A stretch of DNA of 64,000 nucleotides from assembly GCA_018897155.1 (NCBI GenBank), contig JAHILE010000029.1, positions 117 to 64,116 of the forward strand. Direction: 5' to 3'. Under the pieces are notes generated by a model, which saw only the letters and a list, made by a program, of their open reading frames with translations, ran no database searches and was not told the origin of the DNA. This document shows, piece by piece, positions 9,994 through 19,801 of this stretch (within the stretch, counting starts at the first letter, position 1; each line of letters starts with the position of its first letter). The DNA comes from Nanobdellota archaeon. Its GTDB lineage: Archaea > EX4484-52 > LFW-46. The position numbers and the translations under genes are program-made.

Positions 9994-11196
9994 TTATTTC
10001 GATGCGTGTATAATTTCAACAACATCTCGGTGCTTAAGTTCTGCATCCCCTGCTATGCGCTTTTTTGTCCTGACATCGATTGCGTAAAGAAAGTGCTTTC
10101 CAAAATCAGTATGAAGCGCGTATGCGAAGTCGCGCGCATTCGCTCCCGGCGGAAGAAGAAAGCAGTCCGGCAAAACATTGCCTTTACTATCTGTTAGCTT
10201 GTTTACACCCCCCGGAAAAATCGCGATGTATTTCAGGAAATCAAACACTGCGGCGTCAAGAACATTCTGCACACCGGTCGTTCCCCATTTTTTTAGGAAC
10301 TTCGACATCATCTCAAGCCCTACTTTCTGCTTGTCGTTCAGCGCATCCGGCGTAAGAATCTTAAAGTCATCATTTCCGGGCACATAATCTATCATGCCTT
10401 TGCGCGCAGCTTCCCTTAGCGCAAGCTCCATCTCTGACGAGCACGGAACAAAAAGAATGTCCGGGAACTCTTTTTTAAGCGACTCAATGTTTTTTTCTGC
10501 TGTTGAAATATCCATTTTGTTTGCGGCAACAAGTATTTTTTTTGTGTCGCGCCGAATATGTCTTGCAAGAGCCTTTCGATGTTCCGGAGTCCAAGCCTCC
10601 GGGTTTGCCGGAAGAGCGAGAGCTACAATGCCTTCGGTTATTGTTTTGTCAGTTACTTTGAAGCTTGAAAGCAATTCTGATAACTGCCCCTCAATATTTT
10701 TTTTCTGCATGTTTGCCGCGCGCGATATCTTAAACCAGTGGCGTTCAATGATTGAGGCATACCACAAGTCTATTTCATCCTCAAGGAATTTTACATCTAT
10801 TGCAGGATTGTGTGTTCCAGCAACTACATTTTCGCCTTTTTCATTTGTCGAGCCGGAGGCATCGATTACATGTATCAGGACATCAGCATTTGAGAGGTCG
10901 CTCAAGAACTGGTTGCCGAGGCCTTTTCCCTCATGCGCGCCAGGAACAAGCCCTGCCACATCAATCATTTCAACAGGCACAAATCGCATGTGGTCTTTGC
11001 ACATACCGAATCGCGGGTTGCATTGCACGCCAAAATCTTTGTCCGCGCATGCGACTCTCACATAGCCGGTGCCAAAATTCGGCTTTATTGTTGTAAATGG
11101 ATATGCCGCTATTGCAATATCCGCAAGCGTTGCCGCTTTAAAGAATGTCGATTTTCCTGCCGATGGTTTTCCTACAAGGCCTATGGTAAAACTCAT
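9994..11196 (-). CDS. Obg-like ATPase/GTPase, YchF/OLA1 family with C-terminal TGS-like domain
   Basis: G1 P-loop GLVGKPSAGKST, DVAGLVPGAHEGKGLGNQFL G3 region, ~400 aa typical of archaeal YchF homologs. Confidence 0.8.
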   Translation of the reverse strand: MSFTIGLVGKPSAGKSTFFKAATLADIAIAAYPFTTIKPNFGTGYVRVACADKDFGVQCNPRFGMCKDHMRFVPVEMIDVAGLVPGAHEGKGLGNQFLSDLSNADVLIHVIDASGSTNEKGENVVAGTHNPAIDVKFLEDEIDLWYASIIERHWFKISRAANMQKKNIEGQLSELLSSFKVTDKTITEGIVALALPANPEAWTPEHRKALARHIRRDTKKILVAANKMDISTAEKNIESLKKEFPDILFVPCSSEMELALREAARKGMIDYVPGNDDFKILTPDALNDKQKVGLEMMSKFLKKWGTTGVQNVLDAAVFDFLKYIAIFPGGVNKLTDSKGNVLPDCFLLPPGANARDFAYALHTDFGKHFLYAIDVRTKKRIAGDAELKHRDVVEIIHASK

Positions 11197-11276
11197 GATT
11201 ATCTGTAATTAAGTGTCTGGGAAATTATAAAAAGCAATATAGGAAAATTTGCATCCGTCAAATTAATTAATCTGCG

Positions 11277-12104
11277 TTGTTAATTGCTTTTATGGCTGAC
11301 GAAAATTCCAAAGCTGCTGCAGAAGATGCTGCTAATGCGGTCGGCAGAAAACCGGAAAGTCCGCGAGTCAGGCCGGTTTATTTTGTAATTGCTGTCGTTG
11401 TTTTTGGATTAGTAATTGGTATGATTTCTATCGGGGAAAAATCCGATATGCCCACAGGTAAAGTTCTTGAGCCTGTTGCGCCGAGCATTTTCCCTGAACA
11501 GATTGCTGAATTTAATACTGTCGTCGCAGAATGCAACCAATATATTGCAGAAAGGGACAACAATAATACAATAGATTGTTTGAGGAAGGCAGATGCGATT
11601 AAAACCGACCTGAAAGTTGTTTCTGCGCTTGCAGATCTTTATTATTTTACAGGGAATGATGGCGAGGCAATAGCATATTATTCGCGCGCAATAGAAATTG
11701 AGCCCAGTGATACGCGACTGAGGTATAATTACGCGCTTTCTCTTGAGCGAATGAACCGGACTGAAGATGCTCTTGCGCAATACGCAAAAGCCGCTGGCTT
11801 GGAGTCTAATTACACTGCTGCGATTAACAACCGGGGCATTCTTTTGCAGAAGCTCAAAAGATTCAATGAATCAAAGCAGGAATTTGAGAACGCGCTTGCG
11901 ATTGAGCCTAACAACACCATAATTCTTGTTAACTATGCGAACGTGCTTGCTGAAATGAATTTTAAAACAGAGGCTGAGCAGAAGTACCGAAAGGCCATTC
12001 AGCTAAGCCCTAATAATACGGGAATTTATAAAAATTTCGGGCAGTTTCTTTTCATGAACGGCAGATATGCCGAGGCAAAGGATATGTTTGATAAATCGGT
12101 TTGA
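11277..12104 (+). CDS. TPR-repeat protein with N-terminal transmembrane anchor
   Basis: N-terminal hydrophobic helix (VYFVIAVVVFGLVIGMISI) followed by several 34-aa TPR-like repeats (AIAYYSRAIEIEPSD, ALAQYAKAAGLESN, NALAIEPNN, KYRKAIQLSPNN). Confidence 0.7.
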   Translation: MLIAFMADENSKAAAEDAANAVGRKPESPRVRPVYFVIAVVVFGLVIGMISIGEKSDMPTGKVLEPVAPSIFPEQIAEFNTVVAECNQYIAERDNNNTIDCLRKADAIKTDLKVVSALADLYYFTGNDGEAIAYYSRAIEIEPSDTRLRYNYALSLERMNRTEDALAQYAKAAGLESNYTAAINNRGILLQKLKRFNESKQEFENALAIEPNNTIILVNYANVLAEMNFKTEAEQKYRKAIQLSPNNTGIYKNFGQFLFMNGRYAEAKDMFDKSV

Positions 12105-12176
12105 TGAATCATTTGTTGGTTAAAAAGCATTTAGTCGGGTGTAAACGTATTATAACTTGCACTGCAAATTCAATGC

Positions 12177-14537
12177 ATGAATGTTTCTGAACTTACACAA
12201 CTTCCGGAAAATGCGCGCAACACTCTAATCTCCGAAGGCATCACAATACTCAATCCGCCGCAGGAGCTTGCGGTGAATGCAGGCCTGCTAGATGGCAAAA
12301 ACATGATTGTTTTCGCGCCCACGGCATCAGGAAAAACATTTGTGGCAGAGCTTGCAATGCTTAACATAATTCTTAATCTGCGCAAAAAAGCAGTTTACAT
12401 AGTTCCATTAAAGGCACTTGGCTCCGAGAAATACGAGGAGTTTAAGGCGCGATACGCTCCTCTTGGCATAAAAGTCGGGGTCTCAATGGGCGACTATGAT
12501 TCAGAGGATTTGTGGCTTTCGTCGCAGGATCTTATAATTGTCACAAGCGAAAAATTGGATTCTCTTATGCGCCACTACATTCCATGGATTCATGACGTGG
12601 GGCTTGTTGTTGTTGACGAAATACATCTGCTGAATGACATTTCGCGCGGCCCGACTCTTGAAATTACAATCACCCGCATGCGCGATACAATCAGTCGGAA
12701 AGCAAATGCGCGTGAAAACGCGGCAATCGGCCAAAAAACAAATGCGCTTCAAACGGCAATAAGCGGCCAAAAAACATTATTTCAGATGCTCGGATTATCT
12801 GCAACAATTTCGAATGCAGAAGAGCTTGCAGGATGGCTTGGCGCTGAACTAGTTCAATCAGATTATCGTCCGATACCGCTTAAGAAAGGCGTTTATTTCG
12901 GCGGATGCATAAGTTATGGCAGCGAAAACGAACAAGTAAACCAAAAGCATGACGACGACGTTTCTGATATGATTGAACACGCGCTTGCTAAAGACAGACA
13001 GGTGCTTGTTTTTGTGAACTCCAGAAAATCAGCAGAGGCGCAGGCTGAAAAACTGGGTGATGTTGCAAAAAAATATGCTGATATCAGCATTTCAAAAACA
13101 ATGGCGCGTGACGCAATTGGTGCGCTTTCAACGCCAACAAAGCAATGCAAGCGACTCGGTTTATGCCTTGCTCAAGGAACTGCGTTTCATCATGCGGGCC
13201 TTGTGCCTAAGCAGAGAAAGCTGATTGAGGATTCGTTTAAATCAAAAAGCCTCAAGGTCATTTGCGCAACACCCACGCTTGCAATGGGCGTGAATCTTCC
13301 GTCATCGGTTGTCATAATAAAAGACATGCTGCGCTATGCCGAAGGCTACGGCATGCGGCCGATTCCGGTTCTTGAATACCAGCAGATGGCGGGCCGCGCA
13401 GGAAGGCCGAAATACGACAAAGAAGGCTTTGCAATTGCAGTCGCGCGAACAGAAAACGACATAGAGCATATTTTTGACAATTACATAAACGCCGACACTG
13501 AAAAGATTTTTTCAAAACTCGCGCTTGAGCCGGTTCTGCGCATGCATCTGCTTTCCCTCATTGCAACAGGCCATATCCATACAGAGGGCCAGCTTACAAG
13601 GTTTATGGAAAAAACATTTTACGCGCATCAGTACAGCGATTTGACAGAGCTTAAGGCAAAAATGAAGCGCATGCTCCAGCTGCTTTCTGATTACGGGCTG
13701 ATTGAAATTGATGGTGCTGGCGGGCTGAATAATGGCGCTAATGGGTCGCAAAATCAGAAGCCTAATCAAAAAAATACTCTAAATGCTCTTTTTATGACTG
13801 CCGATAATTTTGTAAAGAGTTCAACTTTAAATTCAATTTCAAGTTCAAATTCGGGTGATAAGCCAAAAGAGCTAAAAGCAACGCCTCTTGGAATACGGGT
13901 TGCAGAGATGTATATTGACCCGGAAACCGCAAACCTGATAGTTGAGTCGCTGAAAAACGCGCACTCAAAAAAACTTAACGAGCTTTCGTTTCTGCATTTG
14001 ATTTCAAACGCGCTTGAGCTTTATCCGCAGCTGCGCGTCCTTAAAAAAGACGAAGATTTAATAGACGGCGCGCTTACCGATTTTCAAGATTGCTTTATTG
14101 TTCCTGAAAAGCTTTTTGATTATGAATCGCAGGCATCAACAGTCAAAACCGCGCTTATGTTTAATGCATGGATGAACGAGAAAGGGGAAGATGCTTTGCT
14201 TGAAGAGTACAATATTGCGCCGGGAGAACTGCACGTAAAGCGCGACACAGCCGACTGGCTTTTGTACGCGGTTGACGAAATCGCGCGAATCGTCGGCATA
14301 GCAGGCATGCACAAAGAGATATCTGATTTGCGCATCCGCCTGAAGCACGGAGTAAAGCGCGAGCTTCTGCCGCTGGTTGCGCTGAAAGGGATTGGAAGGA
14401 TGCGCGCGAGAAAATTATTCAACGCAGGGCTCAAAAGCGCAAAGGATGTCAGGGAATGTGAAGCAGGCGCGCTTGAAAAAATTGTGGGAAAGAAAACTGC
14501 GGAATCGTTGAAAGCAAATTTGTGTGAAAGTCTGTAA
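12177..14537 (+). CDS. Ski2/Hel308-type DNA helicase (Hjm-like)
   Basis: Walker A APTASGKT, DEIH box (VVVDEIHLL), SAT, helicase C motifs (HHAGL, QMAGRAGR), WH and ratchet-like C-terminal part; 786 aa with two low-complexity insertions. Confidence 0.85.
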   Translation: MNVSELTQLPENARNTLISEGITILNPPQELAVNAGLLDGKNMIVFAPTASGKTFVAELAMLNIILNLRKKAVYIVPLKALGSEKYEEFKARYAPLGIKVGVSMGDYDSEDLWLSSQDLIIVTSEKLDSLMRHYIPWIHDVGLVVVDEIHLLNDISRGPTLEITITRMRDTISRKANARENAAIGQKTNALQTAISGQKTLFQMLGLSATISNAEELAGWLGAELVQSDYRPIPLKKGVYFGGCISYGSENEQVNQKHDDDVSDMIEHALAKDRQVLVFVNSRKSAEAQAEKLGDVAKKYADISISKTMARDAIGALSTPTKQCKRLGLCLAQGTAFHHAGLVPKQRKLIEDSFKSKSLKVICATPTLAMGVNLPSSVVIIKDMLRYAEGYGMRPIPVLEYQQMAGRAGRPKYDKEGFAIAVARTENDIEHIFDNYINADTEKIFSKLALEPVLRMHLLSLIATGHIHTEGQLTRFMEKTFYAHQYSDLTELKAKMKRMLQLLSDYGLIEIDGAGGLNNGANGSQNQKPNQKNTLNALFMTADNFVKSSTLNSISSSNSGDKPKELKATPLGIRVAEMYIDPETANLIVESLKNAHSKKLNELSFLHLISNALELYPQLRVLKKDEDLIDGALTDFQDCFIVPEKLFDYESQASTVKTALMFNAWMNEKGEDALLEEYNIAPGELHVKRDTADWLLYAVDEIARIVGIAGMHKEISDLRIRLKHGVKRELLPLVALKGIGRMRARKLFNAGLKSAKDVRECEAGALEKIVGKKTAESLKANLCESL

Positions 14538-14669
14538 TTGCATCCTTATTTTATCCGCTGTTATGCGTTCCTGATAGGGAAAAAAACAAAGTCGCGAAGG
14601 CGCCCGAAAATTCGTTGCCACCGCAGTTCTTAAGGGGTTGCCGTCTATTTTTGAATTTTGACCGAAAGC

Positions 14670-14697
14670 TTTATATAGTATTATGAATATATATTCA
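14670..14697 (+). promoter_or_regulatory. archaeal promoter (TATA TTTATATA) followed by palindromic operator TGAATA-TA-TATTCA upstream of DUF5320 gene
   Basis: TATA-like box at 14670-14677; perfect palindrome 14684-14697; SD GGAGGT at 14711-14716. Confidence 0.6.
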
Positions 14698-14722
14698 TAA
14701 TTAAACTATGGAGGTAGAAAAA

Positions 14723-14959
14723 ATGTCAGGACAAGATGGAACAGGGCCTTTAGGGTTAGGACCTCTTACAGGAAGAGGGCTTGGACCTTGTGGTTGCGGA
14801 ATGCGAAGAGGATTTGGCGGATGTTACGGAAGAGGTTTTTGGTCTAGAAGACAGGTAACTCTAACAAAAGAAGAAGAAAAGAAAATCCTTGAAGCAGAAC
14901 TTAAAGAAATTGATTTGGAAAAGCAAGAGATAGAGAAAAGACTAAAAGAAATGAAGTAA
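14723..14959 (+). CDS. DUF5320-family small protein (Gly-rich N-terminus, coiled-coil C-terminus)
   Basis: MSGQDGTGPLGLGPLTGRGLGPCGCG... then EEKKILEAELKEIDLEKQEIEKRLKEM; GGAGGT SD 7 nt upstream of this ATG (alternative ATG at 14708). Confidence 0.75.
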   Translation: MSGQDGTGPLGLGPLTGRGLGPCGCGMRRGFGGCYGRGFWSRRQVTLTKEEEKKILEAELKEIDLEKQEIEKRLKEMK

Positions 14960-15005
14960 ATCCTTTCTCTTGCTTTTTTCTTTTCGTAAAATTTAAATAA
15001 GAATC

Positions 15006-15019
15006 TGAATAAGTATTCA
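15006..15019 (+). promoter_or_regulatory. palindromic operator TGAATA-AG-TATTCA immediately upstream of DUF134 regulator gene
   Basis: Same half-sites as element at 14684-14697, between an AT-rich TATA-like box (14992-14999) and ATG 15022. Confidence 0.6.
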
Positions 15020-15021
15020 GT

Positions 15022-15483
15022 ATGGCACGCCCAAGATTGTGCAGAAGAGTCGAATTTAACCCAGATGTTACTTATTTCAAACCGCAAGGAATTCCTTTAA
15101 GAGAATTAGAAGAAGTTATTTTGCATGTTGACGAATACGAAGCAGTCAGGCTTAAAGAATTAGAAGGATTAGAGCAGGAAGAATGCGCTAAAAAAATGAA
15201 TATCTCACAGCCGACTTTTCATAGATTAATTTTATCTGCAAGAAAGAAAATAGCCGATGCTATTGTTAATGGTAAAGCAATCAAAATAGAAGGAGGTGTT
15301 TATAAAATGGCCGGAATGCCAAAAAGAAAATTCAGGTGCTATGATTGTGGGTTTGAGTGGGAACTTGATTACGGAACTGGAAGACCGGCAGAATGCCCAA
15401 AATGTAAATCAAAAAATATTCATAGGCATCCTGAAGACAGGGGACCTCAACGAGGAAGGGGTTTAAGAGTAGGAAGAATATAG
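15022..15483 (+). CDS. DUF134 (UPF0251) predicted DNA-binding protein fused to C-terminal zinc ribbon
   Basis: Hallmark N-terminus MARPRLCRRVEFNP..YFKPQG and sigma-70 region-4-like HTH (EECAKKMNISQPTFHRLILSARKKIA); C-terminal CxxC-x16-CxxC (CYDCG...CPKC). Confidence 0.75.
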   Translation: MARPRLCRRVEFNPDVTYFKPQGIPLRELEEVILHVDEYEAVRLKELEGLEQEECAKKMNISQPTFHRLILSARKKIADAIVNGKAIKIEGGVYKMAGMPKRKFRCYDCGFEWELDYGTGRPAECPKCKSKNIHRHPEDRGPQRGRGLRVGRI

Positions 15484-15763
15484 TGACGGCAACCTTCTTA
15501 AAAAGAAAGTCACGTTTGGTGACTCTTACTATGAGCTGCTTACATCAAACAGATTTATGCGTGACTATCCCAGTTCGCAAATATCCGGGTTTTATAGTTT
15601 ATGTGCCCCGAAAAATCCGAGGAAATCAAGCGCCTTATTGCGATATTTCTTAAAACTAAAAGTATGTTTTGATGATTGGTGCGGAGAGAAATTTCGAAAA
15701 TGCATCCAAAACATTAAAAAGCTTGTGAATTAACTTATGCGTATAAGTTTATGAGATGATCTT

Positions 15764-16168
15764 ATGGGTGACGAACCAATAGAAGGACAGCAAATTGAAG
15801 CAAAAGACTGCAAAAAAGGCGTTTTCATAATGGTTGAAGGCATACCGTGCAGAGTTACGAATCTGCAGATTGCAAAAACCGGAAAGCACGGTCACTCAAA
15901 GGCGCGTGTCGATTGCGAGGGCCTTTTTGACGGCAAAAAGCGCGTGTTTATTCAGCCAGGCGGCGCAAAGGTCCTTTCTCCAAATGTCGACAAGCGCGTA
16001 GGACAGATTCTTTCTATAGAAGGTGAAAACGCGCAGATAATGGATTCCAAGACATACGAAACATTTTACGCAAAAATTCTGGACGAAATAAAAAGCACAG
16101 TAAAAGACGGCCAGGAATGCGACTACTGGGTTGTTGCCGGTCAGAATGTTGTAATGGCTGTGCGTTAG
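15764..16168 (+). CDS. eif5a: translation initiation factor 5A (aIF-5A)
   Basis: Hypusination loop KTGKHGHSKARV, 134 aa. Confidence 0.9.
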   Translation: MGDEPIEGQQIEAKDCKKGVFIMVEGIPCRVTNLQIAKTGKHGHSKARVDCEGLFDGKKRVFIQPGGAKVLSPNVDKRVGQILSIEGENAQIMDSKTYETFYAKILDEIKSTVKDGQECDYWVVAGQNVVMAVR

Positions 16169-16275
16169 ATGATTTTGGTATTTGGGTGTTTTGTGCGCTT
16201 AGAGATTCTATCGTAGCCGATGCGTTTTAAAAACTACTTATTCAATAGGGTGCAATAGTAGTATGCGGTGTTTTA

Positions 16276-16827
16276 TTGATAATAAAGCAGTTTACAGCAA
16301 AAAACGGAACTATATTTGTTTTGCGCACATTTGAACGAAAGGATTTATCACGCGTAAACGAATTTATGAATTTTGTAAATGATATTGTCGAAGAAGACGA
16401 TTATATACACACCAATAAAAAACAAACGTTGAAAGAAACCAAAAAAGATCTTACCGATATGTTAAAAGCGAGTTTGAAAAAAGAATCATTTGCGGTTGTT
16501 GCTGAAATTGACCAAAAAATAGCCGGATTTGCAGACATTACATCAAAAAAATTTAGAGAGAATCATGTTGCAGTTATTGGAATAATTATTGGGCGAACAT
16601 ATCGCGGAATTGGTTTGGGCTCTCAAATTTTGTCAGCTTTGATGGCTGAAGGCAATTTAAAACTTAAGGAAAAACCAAAAATTATCGAATTAGAAGTCTT
16701 TGAAACAAATAAAAATGCTCGAATAGTTTATCAAAAACTGGGTTTTAAGAAAATTGCGGAATTGCCAAATAGAGTGCAAAGACGCGGAAACTTAGTATTT
16801 AAAATAATGATGGAAAAATATGTTTGA
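16276..16827 (+). CDS. GNAT-family N-acetyltransferase
   Basis: Acetyl-CoA binding motif region (RTYRGIGLGSQIL) in 183-aa ORF; apparent TTG start; stop overlaps leuS start. Confidence 0.65.
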   Translation: MIIKQFTAKNGTIFVLRTFERKDLSRVNEFMNFVNDIVEEDDYIHTNKKQTLKETKKDLTDMLKASLKKESFAVVAEIDQKIAGFADITSKKFRENHVAVIGIIIGRTYRGIGLGSQILSALMAEGNLKLKEKPKIIELEVFETNKNARIVYQKLGFKKIAELPNRVQRRGNLVFKIMMEKYV

Positions 16828-19721
16828 TGGTTCTTATGTTTGAAAAAAAAGAAAGTTTGGTTAGTGAATCCAAACCGCGCGACGATATCGTTTATTTTCA
16901 TTCTATCGAAAAGAAGTGGCAGAAGAAATGGGCTGAGGCAAAAATCTTTGAATCAGAAGCCGCGCCGGGAAAGCCGAAATTTTTTGCTAATTTTCCTTAT
17001 CCGTATATGAATGGCAAGCTTCACATAGGGCATCTTTATACTTTTTTGCGCGCGGAAATTTTCTCCCGCTACAAGCGCATGCGCGGATATAATGTTCTTT
17101 TTCCTTTCGCATTCCACTGCACAGGCACGCCTATTGTGGCTGCTGCAAGGCGAATAAAAGACAAGGAAGAAAAGCAGGTTAAGATTCTAAAGGACATGAA
17201 TATTCCTGATTCTGAACTCAAAAAGTTTGAGAATCCGCTTTATTGGATTGAATATTTTCCAAAAGCCGCCAAATCAGATCTTCAATCTCTTGGCGCAGCA
17301 ATAGATTGGCGCAGGTCTTTTCGAACCACTGAAGTAAATCCGCCGTATTCGAAGTTTATCGAATGGCAATTCAACAAACTTAAGGAAAAAAATTATGTTG
17401 TACGCGGCGAGCATCCGGTTGCATGGTGCCCAAAGGATAAAATGGCAACAGGCGACCATGATCGGATTCAGGGTGAAGGCGTTGTTCCGGAAGAAATGAC
17501 GCTTGTGAAATTTGAAATCGACGGGAAAATACTTCCTGCTGCAACATACCGGCCTGAGACAACTTTTGGCGTAACCAATATGTGGCTGAATCCGGATGCA
17601 GTTTATGTCGAGGTAAGGGTGGATAAAGAGACATGGATTGTCACAAAAGAGACTTTGGAAAAACTCAAAGACCAGAATCACGCGGTTTCAGTAATCAAAG
17701 AAATAAAAGGAAAGGAATTTGTCGGAAAATTTTGTATAAATATCGCAACCTGCGTCAGCGTGCCGATTCTTCCTGCTGTTTTTGTCGATCCGAAAATTGG
17801 TACGGGTGTTGTGATGTCAGTGCCAGGGCATGCGCCTTATGATTATATTGCGCTTCGCGATATTCAACGCGCGCCTGAAAAATACGGAATGAAAGTGGAG
17901 CAGGTTTCACAGATAAAGCCGATATCACTCATAAAGGTTGAAGGATTTGGGGATTTTCCAGCTGTTGAAATTGCGGGAAGCATGAAAATCGAGGGCCAAA
18001 GCGATGAAAAGCTTGAAGAGGCGACAAAAACAATTTACAAGAAAGAGTTTCATGGCGGTATACTTAAGGATATCACCGGCAAGTACAAGGGAATGACTGT
18101 TGCAAAAGCAAAGGATATTATCATATCTGATTTCAAAAAAGTTGGTGCAGCCGTCTCATTTTATGAGCTCCCGGAAGCCGTGGTCTGCAGGTGCCTCTCG
18201 CCATGCCATGTGAAAATAATTGATGATCAGTGGTTCATGAAATATTCTGATGCCGGATGGAAGGCAAAAACGCACAAGGCACTCGACAACATGAATCTTT
18301 GTCCGGATGAATCACGCGCCCAGTTCAACTATGTCATTGATTGGCTTAATGATTGGGCTTGCTCGCGAGAATTCGGGCTTGGCACGCGCATTCCTTGGGA
18401 CAAAAAATGGCTGATAGAATCGCTGTCGGATTCAACAATTTATATGGCGTATTATACAATCGCGCATATAATACAAAGCGAGAAAATCGACGCTTCAAAA
18501 AGCTACGATATTTTATTTGATTATGTTTTCCTTGGAAAAGGAACCGCAGCATCGGCTGAAAAAGATTCCGGCATAAATGTGGAAAAAATCGAGAAGATGC
18601 GATGTGAATTCCTTTACTGGTATCCATTTGATTTCAGGAATTCCGCAAAAGACCTTGTTGGAAATCATCTTACATTTTCACTTTTCAACCATACCGCAAT
18701 ATTTGATGAAAAATTCTGGCCAAAAGGCTTCGGCGTCAACGGCTATGTGACTGTTGAAGGAGAAAAAATGAGCAAGAGCAAAGGCAATTTTTACACTATG
18801 GAAGAAATACTTGTAAAATACGGCGCAGATGTTTCAAGAATCACAGATATGATGGGTGGCGAGGGGCTGGATGACGCAAACTGGGATTCCCGCCTTGCAG
18901 ATACTTTTTCAAAAAAGCTTTTTTCAATCAAGGAAATGGCTTTGAGCATTGCAGATAGAAAGAAAAAGAAAGGCAAAGGGGCGGAAAACTCCGGCCATAT
19001 CGACAGATGGCTTGTTTCACAAGTTCATCGCCAGATAAAGCTTGCAACAGTTGTAATGGATGAAACAAAATTCAGAAGCGCGCTTATGGCGTCATATTAT
19101 GACATGCAGGCGGCGCTTAAGTGGTATGAACGAAGGGCAGAGAATACAAATACTGATGCGGCTGCATTTTTTATCGATGCGCAATTGAAGATGCTTGCGC
19201 CGTTCACTCCGCACATATGCGAGGAGCTGTGGAGCGAACTCGGAAAAAAAGGCTTTATTTCGGCTGCCGAGTGGCCTGAATTTGATGCAAAGAAAATTGA
19301 TGAGAACGCCGAGAAAATGGAGGCCTTGATAAAACAGACACTTGAAGATGTGAACGCGATAAAGAAAATCGTCAAAAAAGATGCGAAGCAAATAAATATA
19401 TATGTTCCAGAGATATGGAAATACGATATGTACGCGCTTGCACTGACAAAGCCGAAAAATCTGATTGCAGAGGCAATGAAAAACACAGAGATAAAAAAAC
19501 AGAGCGAGGCTGCGGTAAAATTCGCGCAGCAGCTCGCGAAAAATATGAATGTTCTTGAAAAAACGCTGTCTAAAGAAGATGAGATTATCGCGCTAAAGAG
19601 CGCGGAAAAGTTCTTTGCAAAAGAATTTGGATGCGCGGTTTCTGTAATTGATGCAGACGGCGCAAAGTCAGACAAGGCGCAAAAAGCCGTGCCCGGAAAG
19701 CCGGGAATTGAGATTGTTTGA
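16824..19721 (+). CDS. leuS: leucyl-tRNA synthetase, archaeal/eukaryal type
   Basis: HIGH motif (PYMNGKLHIGHLYTF), KMSKS motif, CP1 editing domain, 965 aa. Confidence 0.95.
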   Translation: MMVLMFEKKESLVSESKPRDDIVYFHSIEKKWQKKWAEAKIFESEAAPGKPKFFANFPYPYMNGKLHIGHLYTFLRAEIFSRYKRMRGYNVLFPFAFHCTGTPIVAAARRIKDKEEKQVKILKDMNIPDSELKKFENPLYWIEYFPKAAKSDLQSLGAAIDWRRSFRTTEVNPPYSKFIEWQFNKLKEKNYVVRGEHPVAWCPKDKMATGDHDRIQGEGVVPEEMTLVKFEIDGKILPAATYRPETTFGVTNMWLNPDAVYVEVRVDKETWIVTKETLEKLKDQNHAVSVIKEIKGKEFVGKFCINIATCVSVPILPAVFVDPKIGTGVVMSVPGHAPYDYIALRDIQRAPEKYGMKVEQVSQIKPISLIKVEGFGDFPAVEIAGSMKIEGQSDEKLEEATKTIYKKEFHGGILKDITGKYKGMTVAKAKDIIISDFKKVGAAVSFYELPEAVVCRCLSPCHVKIIDDQWFMKYSDAGWKAKTHKALDNMNLCPDESRAQFNYVIDWLNDWACSREFGLGTRIPWDKKWLIESLSDSTIYMAYYTIAHIIQSEKIDASKSYDILFDYVFLGKGTAASAEKDSGINVEKIEKMRCEFLYWYPFDFRNSAKDLVGNHLTFSLFNHTAIFDEKFWPKGFGVNGYVTVEGEKMSKSKGNFYTMEEILVKYGADVSRITDMMGGEGLDDANWDSRLADTFSKKLFSIKEMALSIADRKKKKGKGAENSGHIDRWLVSQVHRQIKLATVVMDETKFRSALMASYYDMQAALKWYERRAENTNTDAAAFFIDAQLKMLAPFTPHICEELWSELGKKGFISAAEWPEFDAKKIDENAEKMEALIKQTLEDVNAIKKIVKKDAKQINIYVPEIWKYDMYALALTKPKNLIAEAMKNTEIKKQSEAAVKFAQQLAKNMNVLEKTLSKEDEIIALKSAEKFFAKEFGCAVSVIDADGAKSDKAQKAVPGKPGIEIV

Positions 19722-19801
19722 CGTAGAACTTCTCGTACCTACTTATGAAAAGTGAATATTTACGTATTTTTAAATATTCGCGATAAAATAATTTTGATAG
19801 T

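Noticed and set aside
10394-11096. Plus-strand ORFs (223 aa, 114 aa) opposite the YchF-like GTPase
   Set aside because: Antisense shadow ORFs with Ser/Arg-rich low-complexity translations.
19097-19675. 192-aa minus-strand ORF inside leuS
   Set aside because: Shadow ORF antisense to LeuRS.
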